Positions 17,814 to 30,373 are shown, numbered from the stretch's first letter. The stretch is 64,000 bases of DNA from an uncultured delta proteobacterium (GCA_963727625.1 CAVSHR010000011.1:96001-160000), one strand, 5' to 3'. Notes: a model not told the origin generated them from the sequence alone. Translations and numbers: made by a program.

Positions 17814-18671
17814 GTGGCGCAACAGATCACAAAAAAAAACACGCTGTTGGCATGTGCTCTGGTCGTTGCGGGTGCCTGGCTGTCGGCTTGCGTGAACCCT
17901 CAGCAAGTCGAATTTCTTGAACGCGAACAGCGGCGCTTGCGAGGCGATATGAATACCTTGCACTCGGACGTCGATGCCTTTCGCAAGACGTTGGCCGATA
18001 CACGCGCGAATATTCAACAGATGCAACGGGATATTGGTGCGATCAAGGAACGGATCGACGAAACCCGGGTTCAGGTTGGCCGCCAGATCGGCCAAACCAA
18101 CAGGGAAGGGGATCAACGCGTCAAGAATTTAGAAACCCGCTTAGCCAAGCTGGAGGAAGATGCCAAGGTACAGGCGGAGGTGCTGATTAGCCGCGAGGAG
18201 GAACTCAAGGAGCTGCGCGAGTCGATGCGGGCCCAGATCGCCACGCAAAATGCGCCGGGCGACGGCGTCGCCGATTTTTCGCTGGCTGAATCCGACAGCG
18301 TGCGCAAGGATTACGAGAACGCATGGCGCGCTTACGAAAAAAAGGACTACCGAGTTGCGATTAACCGGTTCAGAGATTTTATCAAGAAAAATCCCAAAAG
18401 CAGATTGGCGCCGAGCGCGCAACTCTCGATCGGCAATAGTTATCTCGCGATGAAGGAATTCGACAACGCGATTATTGAATTCGACGAGGTAAGGCGACGA
18501 TATCCGCAAACGCAAAAAGTCCCCGGGGCGCTTCTCGGCCAAGGTTCTGCCTTTATTGAGCTTGGAGAAAAGCTCAACGCGCGTTTGGTTCTGCAAGAGC
18601 TCGTGGAAAAGTATCCGCAATCGCCCGAGGCGACGCGAGCAAGGCAAAGATTGAAAACCCTCGAATCCTAA
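17814..18671 (+). CDS. cpoB: Tol-Pal coordinator CpoB/YbgF (coiled coil plus TPR)
   Basis: Lipobox LSAC, coiled coil and TPR repeats (YPQS); directly follows pal. Confidence 0.85.
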   Translation: MAQQITKKNTLLACALVVAGAWLSACVNPQQVEFLEREQRRLRGDMNTLHSDVDAFRKTLADTRANIQQMQRDIGAIKERIDETRVQVGRQIGQTNREGDQRVKNLETRLAKLEEDAKVQAEVLISREEELKELRESMRAQIATQNAPGDGVADFSLAESDSVRKDYENAWRAYEKKDYRVAINRFRDFIKKNPKSRLAPSAQLSIGNSYLAMKEFDNAIIEFDEVRRRYPQTQKVPGALLGQGSAFIELGEKLNARLVLQELVEKYPQSPEATRARQRLKTLES

Positions 18672-18765
18672 GCCGCCAGCCGTATCGGGTTTTTCTCGCT
18701 GCTGACATCGGTTGCGTCGCCGCCGTTGGCTTTATCAACGCGGTCGATGTATCAATCTCTGAGCA

Positions 18766-19707
18766 ATGGAGATCATACGTCACATCGGTGAACGAAATCT
18801 GGAATTAGCGGGGTCGGTGGTGACCTTGGGGAACTTCGACGGGATCCACCTGGGTCATCAGGCCCTGATCGGCGGTGCGGTGAGTGACGCTCGGCGACTC
18901 TCTGTGCCGTCCATTGTCTTGACGTTCGAGCCGCACCCATTGAAGGTCTTGGCGCCGCAGCGGGCGCCGAAACTGCTTCTGGCTCATAAGGACAAGATTC
19001 AGCTGCTGCAAAAGTTAGCTGTCGATATTGTCGCCGTGCAACCGTTTGACCTTACCTTTGCCGGGATTAGCGCGGAAGAGTTTGTTCGCAGTTTGCTGGT
19101 CGGCCGCCTCAAAGTTAAAAAGCTGTGGGTCGGTAAGGATCTGCGCTTTGGCCAGGGGCGCAAGGGTAGCGTCGCCGATTTGCTTCGCTGGGGCACCGTA
19201 TTCGGTTTTGAGGTTGCGGTGGTCGAACCGATCTTGGTCAACGGCATCCGGGTAAGCAGCTCCGGCATACGCGATCTCGTCAGCGCGGGCCGGGTGGACG
19301 AGGTGAAATCCCTGCTGGGTCGTTATCATTTCGTCTCCGGCAGAGTGGTCGAGGGGCACCGTCGCGGTAGGGATCTGGGATTTCCCACCGCCAACCTTGC
19401 GGTTCGTACGGAGGTGCTGCCGTTGGACGGCATTTACGCCACACTATTTCACTTGGGCGAACGATCGCTGCCGAGCGTCAGCAGCATCGGTCTAAACCCG
19501 ACCTTCGGTGCCGGACCCAGGACCGTGGAAAGCTACATCATGAAATTCAATGAAGAGATCTACGGTGAGGCGGCGCGTCTCTCGTTTATCAAAAGGATTA
19601 GGAAAGAAGAACAGTTTGCCTCAGTGGCGGAACTCGTGGCGCAAATTCACCATGACATCCAATGTGCCGAAGCAATTTTGCAGGACCTTCAAATCAGCCT
19701 CGGCTAA
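18766..19707 (+). CDS. ribF: Bifunctional riboflavin kinase/FAD synthetase
   Basis: GNFDGIHLGH, TFEPHP, SSSGIR and GFPTAN motifs. Confidence 0.96.
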   Translation: MEIIRHIGERNLELAGSVVTLGNFDGIHLGHQALIGGAVSDARRLSVPSIVLTFEPHPLKVLAPQRAPKLLLAHKDKIQLLQKLAVDIVAVQPFDLTFAGISAEEFVRSLLVGRLKVKKLWVGKDLRFGQGRKGSVADLLRWGTVFGFEVAVVEPILVNGIRVSSSGIRDLVSAGRVDEVKSLLGRYHFVSGRVVEGHRRGRDLGFPTANLAVRTEVLPLDGIYATLFHLGERSLPSVSSIGLNPTFGAGPRTVESYIMKFNEEIYGEAARLSFIKRIRKEEQFASVAELVAQIHHDIQCAEAILQDLQISLG

Positions 19708-19722
19708 ACATCCTCTGGTATC

Positions 19723-20754
19723 ATGATTGAATCGCGAGCCCAACGATTGGTGATTGATGATCGCTCGGCGGGGACACGACTCGATGTTTTTTTGGCCGGC
19801 CAGCCGAGCGTTGCGGAGAGCTCCTGGGCAAAGCTCAGCCGCTCGGAAATTCAAAGGCTGATCGCCGAAGGGCAAGTAACGATCAACGGCGGCCAGGCTA
19901 AGGCGAGCACACGCATCAAAGCCCAAGATAGGATTGAAATGATTTTGCGCCCGCCGCGTGATGCAAAAATTCGCGGCGAAGAATTGCCGTTGGAGATTCT
20001 CCACGAGGATCAGGATTGCATTGTTATCAACAAGGCGCCGGGGATGACGGTTCATCCGGCTGCAGGACACTCCAACGGAACGTTAGTGAACGCGCTGTTG
20101 CACCATTGTCCCGATGTCGAAGGAATCGGCGGGGAACGCCGACCGGGTATTGTCCATCGATTGGACAAGGACACATCCGGCGTGATGGTCGTGGCAAAAA
20201 ACGTATTCGCTCATCAAAAGCTTGTGGAGCAATTTAAAAACCGCAGTGTCGAAAAGTACTACCTCGCCTTGGTGTGGGGAATGAAGGAGCCGCAAAAAGG
20301 CGTCATCGACCGGCCCATCGGACGTCACCGCTCTGACCGAAAAAAGATGTCGAGTATCTATTTTGGAAATCATTCACGCCAATCGTTGACAGAATGGAGC
20401 GTAAAGGAGCGCTTCGTACTGGACTGCGAGCATGCGCGACCTCTGGATCTGACTCTGCTGGAGCTTCACCCGAGCACTGGTCGGACGCACCAGATTAGGG
20501 TTCACCTTGCGGATACCGGCTTTCCGTTGGTCGGTGATCGGTTGTATGGCCATCAACGTAAAACCGAAAAGGTAAATTTCTTGCCGGAGCCGATCGTAGG
20601 GACCTTCCCTCGACAGGCTCTTCACGCTGAAAAATTAATTTTTAATCATGTGCGCACCAACCGACGAGTTGAGTTTGTCGCGAGGCTGGCCGACGATTTC
20701 GCTGAGCTGTTGCGCTGTTTACGGAAAGTCGGCCGTGCCCAGGAAAAGGGTTGA
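19723..20754 (+). CDS. rluD: RluA-family pseudouridine synthase (RluD-like)
   Basis: S4 domain, NKAPG, VHRLDKDTSG and TGRTHQIRVH motifs. Confidence 0.9.
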   Translation: MIESRAQRLVIDDRSAGTRLDVFLAGQPSVAESSWAKLSRSEIQRLIAEGQVTINGGQAKASTRIKAQDRIEMILRPPRDAKIRGEELPLEILHEDQDCIVINKAPGMTVHPAAGHSNGTLVNALLHHCPDVEGIGGERRPGIVHRLDKDTSGVMVVAKNVFAHQKLVEQFKNRSVEKYYLALVWGMKEPQKGVIDRPIGRHRSDRKKMSSIYFGNHSRQSLTEWSVKERFVLDCEHARPLDLTLLELHPSTGRTHQIRVHLADTGFPLVGDRLYGHQRKTEKVNFLPEPIVGTFPRQALHAEKLIFNHVRTNRRVEFVARLADDFAELLRCLRKVGRAQEKG

Positions 20755-20777
20755 CATGGAAATCAGACGACTGGGGC

Positions 20778-20806
20778 TTGACAAGGCGGAGAGTTTTAAA
20801 TAATAT
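20778..20806 (+). promoter_or_regulatory. sigma70 promoter of rho
   Basis: TTGACA-17 bp-TAATAT. Confidence 0.7.
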
Positions 20807-21112
20807 CAAAAATAGTAAGATTTCAATTCAACAGTTTCTTAGAATCATTCCCCACACGAATTAGAAATTCATCGGCGTTAAGCGTTCTAACTTGATTTGT
20901 TTTTCAAAAGAGAGATTTCTGTCTGCGGCGTACGTCTTGTCGCAGTAATATGTGCCTGTCTAAGACTGCCCGTAATGCGATAGGGTTTGGTCGATACGAA
21001 ATTTGCGGCGTATCTGTGTAGAGTCGCAGCAAAGTTGGGTAGGATACAGCGTTAGTCGTGCGTCAAAGTGTCGTCCCCTGGCACCGCCTTAATGAAAGGA
21101 GATTCATAGCGT

Positions 21113-22414
21113 ATGGTTCGAGGTAGAACTCGTGTCGCCGAGCCGGAGGCCGTTGAGGATAACGGCTTGAATCTTAAAGCACTCAAGGAAAAGAAGATCA
21201 GTGATCTGGCGTTAATCGGCAAAAATTTCAATATCGAGGGCGCCGCCAATATGCGCAAGCAGGAGCTTATTTTTGCGATCCTGCAAGCGCAGACCGAGCA
21301 AAACGGTCATATTTACGGTGAGGGCGTGTTGGAAACGCTGCCGGACGGATTCGGATTCCTACGAGCGCCGGACTATAATTATCTTCCCGGGCCCGATGAT
21401 ATCTACGTTTCACCAAGCCAAATTCGCCGTTTCAATTTAAGAACCGGCGATATTATCTCCGGTCACATTCGCCCACCTAAAGAAGGCGAGCGCTACTTCG
21501 CTTTGCTCAAGGTTGAAACGATCAATTACGAGGATCCGGAGCGGGCGCGAGAAAAAATTCTTTTCGATAATCTAACGCCTCTGTATCCCAACGAGCGCTT
21601 GCGTCTCGAGTACCAACCGGATGATTTCACAACCCGAATTGTCGATTTATTAACTCCCATTGGCAAGGGACAGCGGGGTCTCATCGTGGCCGCGCCGCGC
21701 ACCGGTAAAACGATGATGTTGCAGCATATCGCCAAGGCGATCGCGCACAATCAAAAAGAGGTCATTTTAATCGTCTTGTTAATTGATGAGCGGCCTGAGG
21801 AAGTAACCGATATGCAGCGCTCAGTGGATGGCGAGGTAATTAGCTCGACTTTCGATGAACCGGCGACGCGCCATGTGCAGGTCGCTGAAATGGTCATTGA
21901 GAAAGCAAAGCGGCTGGTGGAGCACGGCAAAGACGTCGTCATTCTGCTCGACAGCATCACCCGGCTGGCGCGCGCTTATAATACGGTTGTCCCACCCAGC
22001 GGCAAAATTCTTTCCGGTGGCGTCGATTCCAACGCGTTGCACAAGCCTAAAAAGTTTTTTGGCGCTGCCCGAAACATCGAGGATGGGGGCAGCTTAACCA
22101 TTATTGCGACAGCGTTGATCGATACCGGTAGCCGAATGGACGAAGTCATTTTCGAAGAATTTAAGGGCACCGGCAATATGGAAGTCCATCTCGATCGTCG
22201 CTTAATGGACAAGCGGGTCTTTCCGGCCATCGACATCAATAAATCGGGAACCCGAAAAGAGGAGCTTCTGATCGCCAAAGAAGATCTCAATCGGATCTGG
22301 ATTTTGCGCAAGGTTTTGTCCCAGCTCAGCGTTGTCGACGCTATGGAATTTTTGCTCGACAAGATGCATGGGACCAAGACCAACAAAGAATTTTTTGAAT
22401 CCATGAACCAGTAA
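21113..22414 (+). CDS. rho: Transcription termination factor Rho
   Basis: [37 protein letters not shown] and GTGNME motifs. Confidence 0.98.
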   Translation: MVRGRTRVAEPEAVEDNGLNLKALKEKKISDLALIGKNFNIEGAANMRKQELIFAILQAQTEQNGHIYGEGVLETLPDGFGFLRAPDYNYLPGPDDIYVSPSQIRRFNLRTGDIISGHIRPPKEGERYFALLKVETINYEDPERAREKILFDNLTPLYPNERLRLEYQPDDFTTRIVDLLTPIGKGQRGLIVAAPRTGKTMMLQHIAKAIAHNQKEVILIVLLIDERPEEVTDMQRSVDGEVISSTFDEPATRHVQVAEMVIEKAKRLVEHGKDVVILLDSITRLARAYNTVVPPSGKILSGGVDSNALHKPKKFFGAARNIEDGGSLTIIATALIDTGSRMDEVIFEEFKGTGNMEVHLDRRLMDKRVFPAIDINKSGTRKEELLIAKEDLNRIWILRKVLSQLSVVDAMEFLLDKMHGTKTNKEFFESMNQ

Positions 22415-22554
22415 AATTCCCACTTTCCGCGCAATCTTGCGTCATCCTCTGATCTCTGTTAAAAACGCAAGGATATCGCAAGCTTTAACGATTTTTGGAA
22501 ACCCAGGTGCTGCGTTGCTAGCCCGCAGCGTGAGCGTCCGTGTTATTAATATAA

Positions 22555-22632
22555 ATTCACACCCTTTCCGATCCCTGCTGCGGTGCCCTACGGGTGTAGC
22601 GCGGAAATGACGAAAGGGGAGGTCAGAACCAA
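22555..22632 (+). ncRNA. rpsB 5' leader (S2 autogenous-control element)
   Basis: CACAC start, CCCTTTC/GAAAGGG stem, internal GGTGCCC-TACG-GGTGT and GGAGG-N-AACC, resembling known rpsB leaders. Confidence 0.6.
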
Positions 22633-22642
22633 AGGAGCAGGT

Positions 22643-23422
22643 ATGAGCGAAATTTCCATGAAACAATTGCTGGAGGCGGGCGTCCATTTCGGACATCAAA
22701 CCAGCCGTTGGAACCCGAAAATGAAACCGTATATTTTCGGCGCGAGGAACGGGATTCACATTATCGACCTGCAGCAAACCGTGACTATGTTCAAGGAGCT
22801 GGAGACGGTGGTGCGTGACCTGGCGGCTTCGGGTGGCCATATTCTCTTCGTCGGCACAAAAAAGCAGGCGCAAGATGCGATCAAAGAAGAAGCTACCCGC
22901 TGCGGAATGTTTTATGTGCATAATCGCTGGCTCGGCGGGACCCTGACTAACTTTGCGACGATTCGCCAGAGTATCGAACGTTTGCGCAAAATCGAGGAGA
23001 TGGAAAACGACCCGAAAATCGTCGATGCGTTGACGAAAAAGGAAATGCTCGGTCTTACGCGGGAAAAGGACAAATTGGAACAGTCCCTGGGCGGCATCAA
23101 GGCGATGCGTAAGTTGCCCGATGCTATTTTCGTGATCGATCCCAAACAGGAAGAGATCGCGGTTAAAGAGGCGCGCAAGCTCGGGGTACCCGTCATCGCC
23201 GTCATCGACAGCAATTGCGATCCGGATATGGTCGACTACAAAGTGCCGGGTAACGACGACGCGATTCGCGCGATCCGTTTGTTTTGCGCCACAATGGCAG
23301 ACGCCATTGTCGAGGGCAAGACGATTTACGAGCAGTCTATGGTGAAGGGCAAGGAAGACGAGAAATCCACAGACGAAATAGCGGGCGAGGCAGCTGAAGG
23401 CGCTGCCGCGACAGGAGTTTGA
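22643..23422 (+). CDS. rpsB: 30S ribosomal protein S2
   Basis: [21 protein letters not shown] and [10 protein letters not shown] motifs. Confidence 0.98.
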   Translation: MSEISMKQLLEAGVHFGHQTSRWNPKMKPYIFGARNGIHIIDLQQTVTMFKELETVVRDLAASGGHILFVGTKKQAQDAIKEEATRCGMFYVHNRWLGGTLTNFATIRQSIERLRKIEEMENDPKIVDALTKKEMLGLTREKDKLEQSLGGIKAMRKLPDAIFVIDPKQEEIAVKEARKLGVPVIAVIDSNCDPDMVDYKVPGNDDAIRAIRLFCATMADAIVEGKTIYEQSMVKGKEDEKSTDEIAGEAAEGAAATGV

Positions 23423-23427
23423 ACTCG

Positions 23428-24036
23428 ATGGAAGTGAGTGCGAGCACGGTAAAGGAGCTTCGGGAGAAAACCGGAGCGGGGATGATGGACTGCAAGAAAG
23501 CCCTTGACGAAACCGGCGGGGACATCGAGAAGGCAGTGGACTACCTGCGCCAAAAGGGATTGGCCGCGGCGGCGAAAAAAGCCGACCGAACGGCCGCAGA
23601 CGGCGCCGTGGGCGCCTACGTTCATCCCGGTGGAAAAATCGGCGTGCTGATTGAAATCAACTGTGAAACCGACTTTGTCGCTCGGACGGTGGAATTTCAG
23701 TCGTTGCTCAAGGATATTGCAATGCAAGTGGCGGCGGCCAATCCTCGTTTCGTTCGACGCGAAGAAGTTTCGGCGGAGGAGCTCGAAAAGGAAAAGGCGA
23801 TTTACCGTCAGCAGGCTCTGGAAACCGGCAAACCGGAAAAAGTTGTCGATAGGATCGTGGAAGGCAAGATGGAGCGGTTTTATTCCGAAATTTGTCTGCT
23901 TGAGCAGGCGTTTATCAAAGATCCGGATAAGCGCGTTTCTGCAGTGGTTAACGACGCAATCGCGCGACTTGGAGAAAATATTCAGGTTCGTCGCTTCGCG
24001 CGCTATCACTTGGGCGAAGGAGCGGCGAAAAGCTAG
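23428..24036 (+). CDS. tsf: Elongation factor Ts (short form)
   Basis: [19 protein letters not shown] and ETDFVA; about 200 aa. Confidence 0.97.
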   Translation: MEVSASTVKELREKTGAGMMDCKKALDETGGDIEKAVDYLRQKGLAAAAKKADRTAADGAVGAYVHPGGKIGVLIEINCETDFVARTVEFQSLLKDIAMQVAAANPRFVRREEVSAEELEKEKAIYRQQALETGKPEKVVDRIVEGKMERFYSEICLLEQAFIKDPDKRVSAVVNDAIARLGENIQVRRFARYHLGEGAAKS

Positions 24037-24049
24037 TTATCCCATATAA

Positions 24050-25341
<1,292 letters not shown>

Positions 25342-25452
25342 ATCACGCGGCCTCCGACTAAAAATGCCCTATCGAGATTACCTCCAAAGTTTTGAAATCC
25401 TACCGGCAGCACTAAAAATCTCGCTTATGGAACCGACGCGGCCCTGGCAGCT

Positions 25453-26232
25453 ATGGAGCTAGACGGTTTAGACAAAGCCCGTTTGCCCCGACATGTCGCT
25501 ATTATCATGGACGGTAATGGCCGTTGGGCCAAGCTAAGGGGCAAGAGCCGCGTCGAAGGGCATCGACGTGGCAAGACCTCTGTCCGAGTGATCGTAGAAA
25601 TGAGCCGGAAGATCGGCGTGCGCTACTTGTCGCTCTATGCATTTTCCACTGAGAACTGGTTTCGTCCCCACGATGAAATTGACGCCCTGATGGGGTTGTT
25701 GGAGCATTACCTGGTTGCCGAGCGGGGCAAGATGATGCGCTATGGAATTCGCTTGGTCGCCTTGGGAGATCGCGAGCGCTTGCCCGTTAGTGTCAGATCA
25801 GTTTTGGAAGACACTCTTGAGCTCACCCGTCAGAACAAGCGGATGACCGTGGTTTTAGCTCTTAGCTACAGCGGTCGCGATGAAATCGTGCGCATGGCAA
25901 AAAACCTAGCGCGCAAAGTCCGGAACGGAGGCCTCGACCCGGATGAAATCGATGAGCAGACCGTGGCATCACATCTCGATTCCGCCGAAATACCCGATCC
26001 AGACCTGCTGATTCGCACCAGCGGCGAGATGCGCGTCAGCAATTTTTATCTCTGGCAGATCGCCTACAGCGAATTGTACATTACACCCACGTTGTGGCCC
26101 GACTTCCGGGAAAAGGAATACCTGCAAGCGTTGCTTGAGTACCAACGGCGACGGCGTAGATTCGGCCGCACCGATGAGCAGCTCGGCGAACCGGTTGCGC
26201 GGTCGGTGGGGACAGGTGGACGCCAATCTTAA
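25453..26232 (+). CDS. uppS: Undecaprenyl diphosphate synthase
   Basis: HVAIIMDGNGRWA, FSTENW and IRTSGEMRVSNF motifs. Confidence 0.96.
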   Translation: MELDGLDKARLPRHVAIIMDGNGRWAKLRGKSRVEGHRRGKTSVRVIVEMSRKIGVRYLSLYAFSTENWFRPHDEIDALMGLLEHYLVAERGKMMRYGIRLVALGDRERLPVSVRSVLEDTLELTRQNKRMTVVLALSYSGRDEIVRMAKNLARKVRNGGLDPDEIDEQTVASHLDSAEIPDPDLLIRTSGEMRVSNFYLWQIAYSELYITPTLWPDFREKEYLQALLEYQRRRRRFGRTDEQLGEPVARSVGTGGRQS

Positions 26233-27022
26233 ATCGCGGATCGGCACCGCGGCAGTCGCCGTGCCGCTCCTGTTGTGGCTGATTGGCTGGAGCCCACCGT
26301 GGTTGTTTTCTACGGTGCTTTTTGCGGTCACCGCCGGCGCATTGCGCGAGTATTTTGCGATGGCCTTTCCCCGGTGCTGGAAAGATCAGTGCGCGGGTGT
26401 ACTCTTCGGCCTCGCCTTATCGGCGGCAGTATTCTTAAGCGGTGAATTCGATGTTTCGACTTGGCTCGGGATCTTGTTCTTGACGGTTTTCTGCGCCCAT
26501 CTTTTTAGCGCGGGTGAATTGACGGAACGGTTGCACCGCTTGCTTTTTACCTTGCTCGGCGGCATTTACTCAGGTTTCCTTTTTCCCCAATTAGTCATAT
26601 TGTTCCGTCTCTCGCAGGGTCGCGCCTGGGTGTTTTGGGTTTTCTGGGTCGTGATGATCGGCGACACCTCGGCGTATGTTTTCGGGCGGTGCTTCGGCGT
26701 TCGTAAGCTGGCACCGCAAATCAGCCCAGGGAAAACGGTGGCAGGGGCATGGGGTTATCTTGGTGGCGCTATCGTTGCCGGCTTTGCCGGAGCAATGCTC
26801 TTGTTTGACCAGTTCAGTTGGTTCGAGATTGGCCTTCTGTCGCTTGCGGTGGGAATCCTAGGGCAACTCGGGGATCTTTTTGAATCATGGATCAAGCGGG
26901 TCTTTGGGGTCAAAGATTCTGGACGGCTCTTACCAGGGCACGGGGGCTTGCTCGATCGACTCGATAGCCTGATATTTCCGGCAGTCTTCACGACGACGTA
27001 TTTGAAGGTATTTCATCCGTGA
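26216..27022 (+). CDS. cdsA: Phosphatidate cytidylyltransferase
   Basis: ISPGKT, GDLFESWIKR and KDSG..LPGHGGLLDRLDS; probable GTG start at 26216. Confidence 0.94.
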   Translation: MDANLKSRIGTAAVAVPLLLWLIGWSPPWLFSTVLFAVTAGALREYFAMAFPRCWKDQCAGVLFGLALSAAVFLSGEFDVSTWLGILFLTVFCAHLFSAGELTERLHRLLFTLLGGIYSGFLFPQLVILFRLSQGRAWVFWVFWVVMIGDTSAYVFGRCFGVRKLAPQISPGKTVAGAWGYLGGAIVAGFAGAMLLFDQFSWFEIGLLSLAVGILGQLGDLFESWIKRVFGVKDSGRLLPGHGGLLDRLDSLIFPAVFTTTYLKVFHP

Positions 27023-28167
27023 AAACGATCGCTCTGCTCGGCTCCACCGGCTCGATCGGCGTGAGCACACTTGCGCTGGTACGCGAGTTTCCCGAGCGTT
27101 TCACAGTTTCCGGTATGGTGGCCGGGCGCAATCTAAAGCGGCTTGCCAAGCAAATCAAAGAATTCGCACCCAAATGCGTGGCGATCCAGCGCGAAGAGGA
27201 CGTGCCACGGCTGCGCCGTCTCATCGGCAAAGGAAAAGTGGAGATACTCTTCGGAGAATCCGGTGCGGCGACGGTCGCGACCGCCCCGGAAGTCGACGTG
27301 GTGCTGGCGGCCATCGTTGGCGGTGCCGGCTTGATGCCGTCGCTTAGGGGTGTGCTTGCCGGCAAGGAGATTGCGCTGGCCAATAAAGAAGCCTTGGTCA
27401 TGGCCGGTGAGATCTTCGTCGACGCGGCCAAGAAAAGAGGCGTGCGTTTGTTGCCGGTCGACAGCGAGCATAGCGCAATTTTTCAGTGCTTGCAGGGCAA
27501 CCAAAGGAGCGATGTCGATAAGATCATTTTGACCGCGTCGGGAGGGCCGTTTTTACGCACGCCGCTCAACAAGTTGGCCAAGGTGAGCGTAGCGCAAGCG
27601 TTGAAGCACCCCAACTGGAAAATGGGTCAAAAGATTACCATCGATTCGGCGACCATGATGAACAAAGGGCTCGAAGTTATCGAAGCCCGGTGGGAATTCA
27701 ATCTGGCCCCGAGCGCAATTGACGTAGTCATCCATCCCCAAAGCGTGATTCATTCCATGGTGCGTTATCAAGACGGTGCCATTATGGCGCAATTGGGCAT
27801 TCCCGATATGCGTATTCCCATCGCCTATGCTTTGGCCTTTCCAAACCGTCTGAAGGGCAGTTGGCGCCCGCTCGATCTTACCGCCCATGGAGAATTAAAT
27901 TTTTTATCCGTGGAAAAGAATCGTTTTCCCGCTTTATCGCTGGCGTACGACGCTTTGCGTGAGGGCGGTACGATGCCGACGGTGCTCAACGGCGCCAATG
28001 AGATCGCGGTGGAGGCTTTTTTAAGCGGCAGGATAGGATTTCGCGAAATTCATCGTATAATTATCAAGACGATGGCACGCCACGCTAATCGAACCGCCAG
28101 GGAGATCGGCGAAATTTTGGAAATAGACCGCTGGTCAAGGCAAGAGGCATCGTCGCTCATTCATTAG
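27019..28167 (+). CDS. dxr: 1-deoxy-D-xylulose 5-phosphate reductoisomerase
   Basis: LLGSTGSIG, LANKE, PVDSEHSA and HPNWKMG motifs. Confidence 0.97.
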   Translation: MKTIALLGSTGSIGVSTLALVREFPERFTVSGMVAGRNLKRLAKQIKEFAPKCVAIQREEDVPRLRRLIGKGKVEILFGESGAATVATAPEVDVVLAAIVGGAGLMPSLRGVLAGKEIALANKEALVMAGEIFVDAAKKRGVRLLPVDSEHSAIFQCLQGNQRSDVDKIILTASGGPFLRTPLNKLAKVSVAQALKHPNWKMGQKITIDSATMMNKGLEVIEARWEFNLAPSAIDVVIHPQSVIHSMVRYQDGAIMAQLGIPDMRIPIAYALAFPNRLKGSWRPLDLTAHGELNFLSVEKNRFPALSLAYDALREGGTMPTVLNGANEIAVEAFLSGRIGFREIHRIIIKTMARHANRTAREIGEILEIDRWSRQEASSLIH

Positions 28168-28190
28168 TCAATGCCGAAGGAGATAGCTGG

Positions 28191-29273
28191 ATGGAGAATG
28201 TAATCTACTCAATCGCGGCAGCGGTTGTCGGACTCGGCTTGTTGATTGTGTTTCATGAGTTTGGTCATTTTTTGTTCGCCAAGCTTTCGGGCGTCGGCGT
28301 GCTGACCTTTTCCATCGGCTTCGGGCCAAAACTTTGGGTCAAGAAAAAAGGGGAAACCGAGTATGCCCTAAGCGCTTTTCCGCTCGGCGGTTATGTCAAA
28401 ATGATCGGCGAGGATCCGGACGAAGAAGTCCAGCCAATCGACGTTGAGAGATCCTTTGCCCACAAAAGTCTGGCGAAGCGCATCGCGATCGTGATCGCCG
28501 GACCGGGATTCAATTTGCTGCTGGCGTTTTTTTTATTGATGGCGGTTTTTACCTTTTACGGCGTGCCGGTGATGTCAACGCAAGTGAGCGGCGTGGAAAA
28601 AGGCTCGCCGGCGGAACGCGCCGGAATCACGAAGGGCGATGACATCGTTGCTATCGACGGCATTCCGGTAAAGGGATGGGAGGATCTCTCCAAGCGCATC
28701 AAGGGCAGCGGCGGAAAAACTTTAGCGATCCAATTGCGTCGTGGTGAAGAGACGATCGAACTCACAGTCCAGCCGATGAAAAAGGAAGGTCGAACGATTT
28801 TCGGGGAAACCAAGGACGACTGGATTATCGGTATCGGCAGCCAGGTTTCCATCGAAAAAGGCAACCCGGGTTTAGCCGTGGTGCGTGCCTTCTACCAAAC
28901 CTACGAGTACGCCAAGATCACGCTCATAGCGTTTTATAAGATGATTCTCGGCGATGTGTCGCCACGCAACATCGGCGGCCCGATTTTAATCGCGCAGATG
29001 GCCGGGCAACAGGCCCAGGAGGGTCTCGGCAGTTTTCTCGCTTTTCTGGCGGTGTTGAGCATCAACCTCGGTGTGCTCAATTTACTGCCGGTTCCTGTGC
29101 TCGACGGTGGCCATTTGCTGTTCTTCTTGGTCGAGGCGGTGATTCGCAAGCCGGTCGCCGTTAAATATCGTGAAATGGCCCAGCAGCTGGGAATCTGTCT
29201 TCTCGCGCTTCTTATGGTTTATGCCTTTTACAACGACATCGTGAGATTTTTTGAGAAGCAGGTCGGGGGATGA
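28191..29273 (+). CDS. rseP: RIP metalloprotease RseP
   Basis: HEFGH, PDZ domain and NLLPVPVLDGG. Confidence 0.96.
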   Translation: MENVIYSIAAAVVGLGLLIVFHEFGHFLFAKLSGVGVLTFSIGFGPKLWVKKKGETEYALSAFPLGGYVKMIGEDPDEEVQPIDVERSFAHKSLAKRIAIVIAGPGFNLLLAFFLLMAVFTFYGVPVMSTQVSGVEKGSPAERAGITKGDDIVAIDGIPVKGWEDLSKRIKGSGGKTLAIQLRRGEETIELTVQPMKKEGRTIFGETKDDWIIGIGSQVSIEKGNPGLAVVRAFYQTYEYAKITLIAFYKMILGDVSPRNIGGPILIAQMAGQQAQEGLGSFLAFLAVLSINLGVLNLLPVPVLDGGHLLFFLVEAVIRKPVAVKYREMAQQLGICLLALLMVYAFYNDIVRFFEKQVGG

Positions 29274-30019
29274 AAATTCTCGGTATCGATACCGCGATAC
29301 CTACGGCGAGCGTTGCCTTAATCGAAAATGGCGATTTGGTCGTTGAAGCGAGTCAAGCCGAGCCAAGACGGCGATCCGAAATTCATACCGGCGGACAAGC
29401 GATCGGCAATCACGCCGAAATTCTCCTGCCACTTATCCAATCAATTCTCGAGAAGGCGCAAATAACCGTCAAAGATCTTTCGGGTATTTCGCTGTGTATC
29501 GGGCCGGGTTCGTTTACCGGCCTGCGCATCGGGTTGGCGACGGCAAAGGGTCTGGCTTACGACGCCGGCTTGCCACTCGTTGGCATTTCTACCTTGCAGG
29601 CAAACGCGGCTCGGATAAACGACTTCGACGGCGTCATCGGCGCTTTGCTCGACGCCCGCAAAAGCGAAGTTTATATCGCGCTCTTTCGCCGTAACGGCGC
29701 AGCGCTGACGCGTTTAACGGCGGACGCGGTGCTTTCGATTCAATCGGCAATCGAGCTCGTACAAAGTTTCCATGACGACCGGGCTTCCCCCCTTCTGCTG
29801 ATCGGCGATGGCGCGAAGGCGTACGAGCGGCCTTTGCGCGCTGCGCTGGCAGATTGGACATACATATCCACCAGAGCAGGCTATGCATCGGTGGCATCAC
29901 AGGTAGCGATGCTCGCGGCCCCTCGATTCGCGGCTGCTTCATTCGACGATATCGGCACTCTGGCCCCGGTCTATTTGCGTTTGTCAGCGGCCGAAACCAA
30001 AAGTAAAATTTTGCCGTAA
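29270..30019 (+). CDS. tsaB: t6A biosynthesis protein TsaB
   Basis: ILGIDT, GPGSFTGLRIG, DARKSEVY and PVYLR motifs. Confidence 0.94.
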   Translation: MKILGIDTAIPTASVALIENGDLVVEASQAEPRRRSEIHTGGQAIGNHAEILLPLIQSILEKAQITVKDLSGISLCIGPGSFTGLRIGLATAKGLAYDAGLPLVGISTLQANAARINDFDGVIGALLDARKSEVYIALFRRNGAALTRLTADAVLSIQSAIELVQSFHDDRASPLLLIGDGAKAYERPLRAALADWTYISTRAGYASVASQVAMLAAPRFAAASFDDIGTLAPVYLRLSAAETKSKILP

Positions 30020-30048
30020 CGTATTGAATACATGTAGGGAAGTGTGAA

Positions 30049-30077
30049 TTGACAAAGCCCTGACCGTACGCTACATT
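30049..30077 (+). promoter_or_regulatory. sigma70 promoter of the DUF465-ilvBN unit
   Basis: TTGACA-17 bp-TACATT. Confidence 0.65.
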
Positions 30078-30121
30078 TGAGTCCCGCGCGAAAATGAATA
30101 AATCAAAAAGGAGGCTGCCGG

Positions 30122-30361
30122 ATGGAATTGAAGGATGAACAGACGATCGTCTCCCTTATCGATAAGGATACAGAGTTAAAAAAAATTTACGACGAACATA
30201 GAGAATTCGAAAAACAACTGGCGGAATTCCAGCATAAGCACCATCTCTCGCCGGAAGAAGAAATCGAGATGAAAAAAATCCAGAAGCTCAAGCTCGCCGG
30301 TAAGGATCGTATGATGGAAATTCTGGAGAAATATCGGCAATCGGGGGCTGTTGCTCTGTAG
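30122..30361 (+). CDS. DUF465/YdcH-family small coiled-coil protein
   Basis: EH..FEKQL...KKIQKLKLAGKDRM pattern; GGAGG RBS. Confidence 0.8.
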   Translation: MELKDEQTIVSLIDKDTELKKIYDEHREFEKQLAEFQHKHHLSPEEEIEMKKIQKLKLAGKDRMMEILEKYRQSGAVAL

Positions 30362-30373
30362 GGAGTTTGATTC

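Noticed and set aside
23428-24036. EF-Ts appears truncated
   Set aside because: The ~200-aa short form is an established variant in several phyla.
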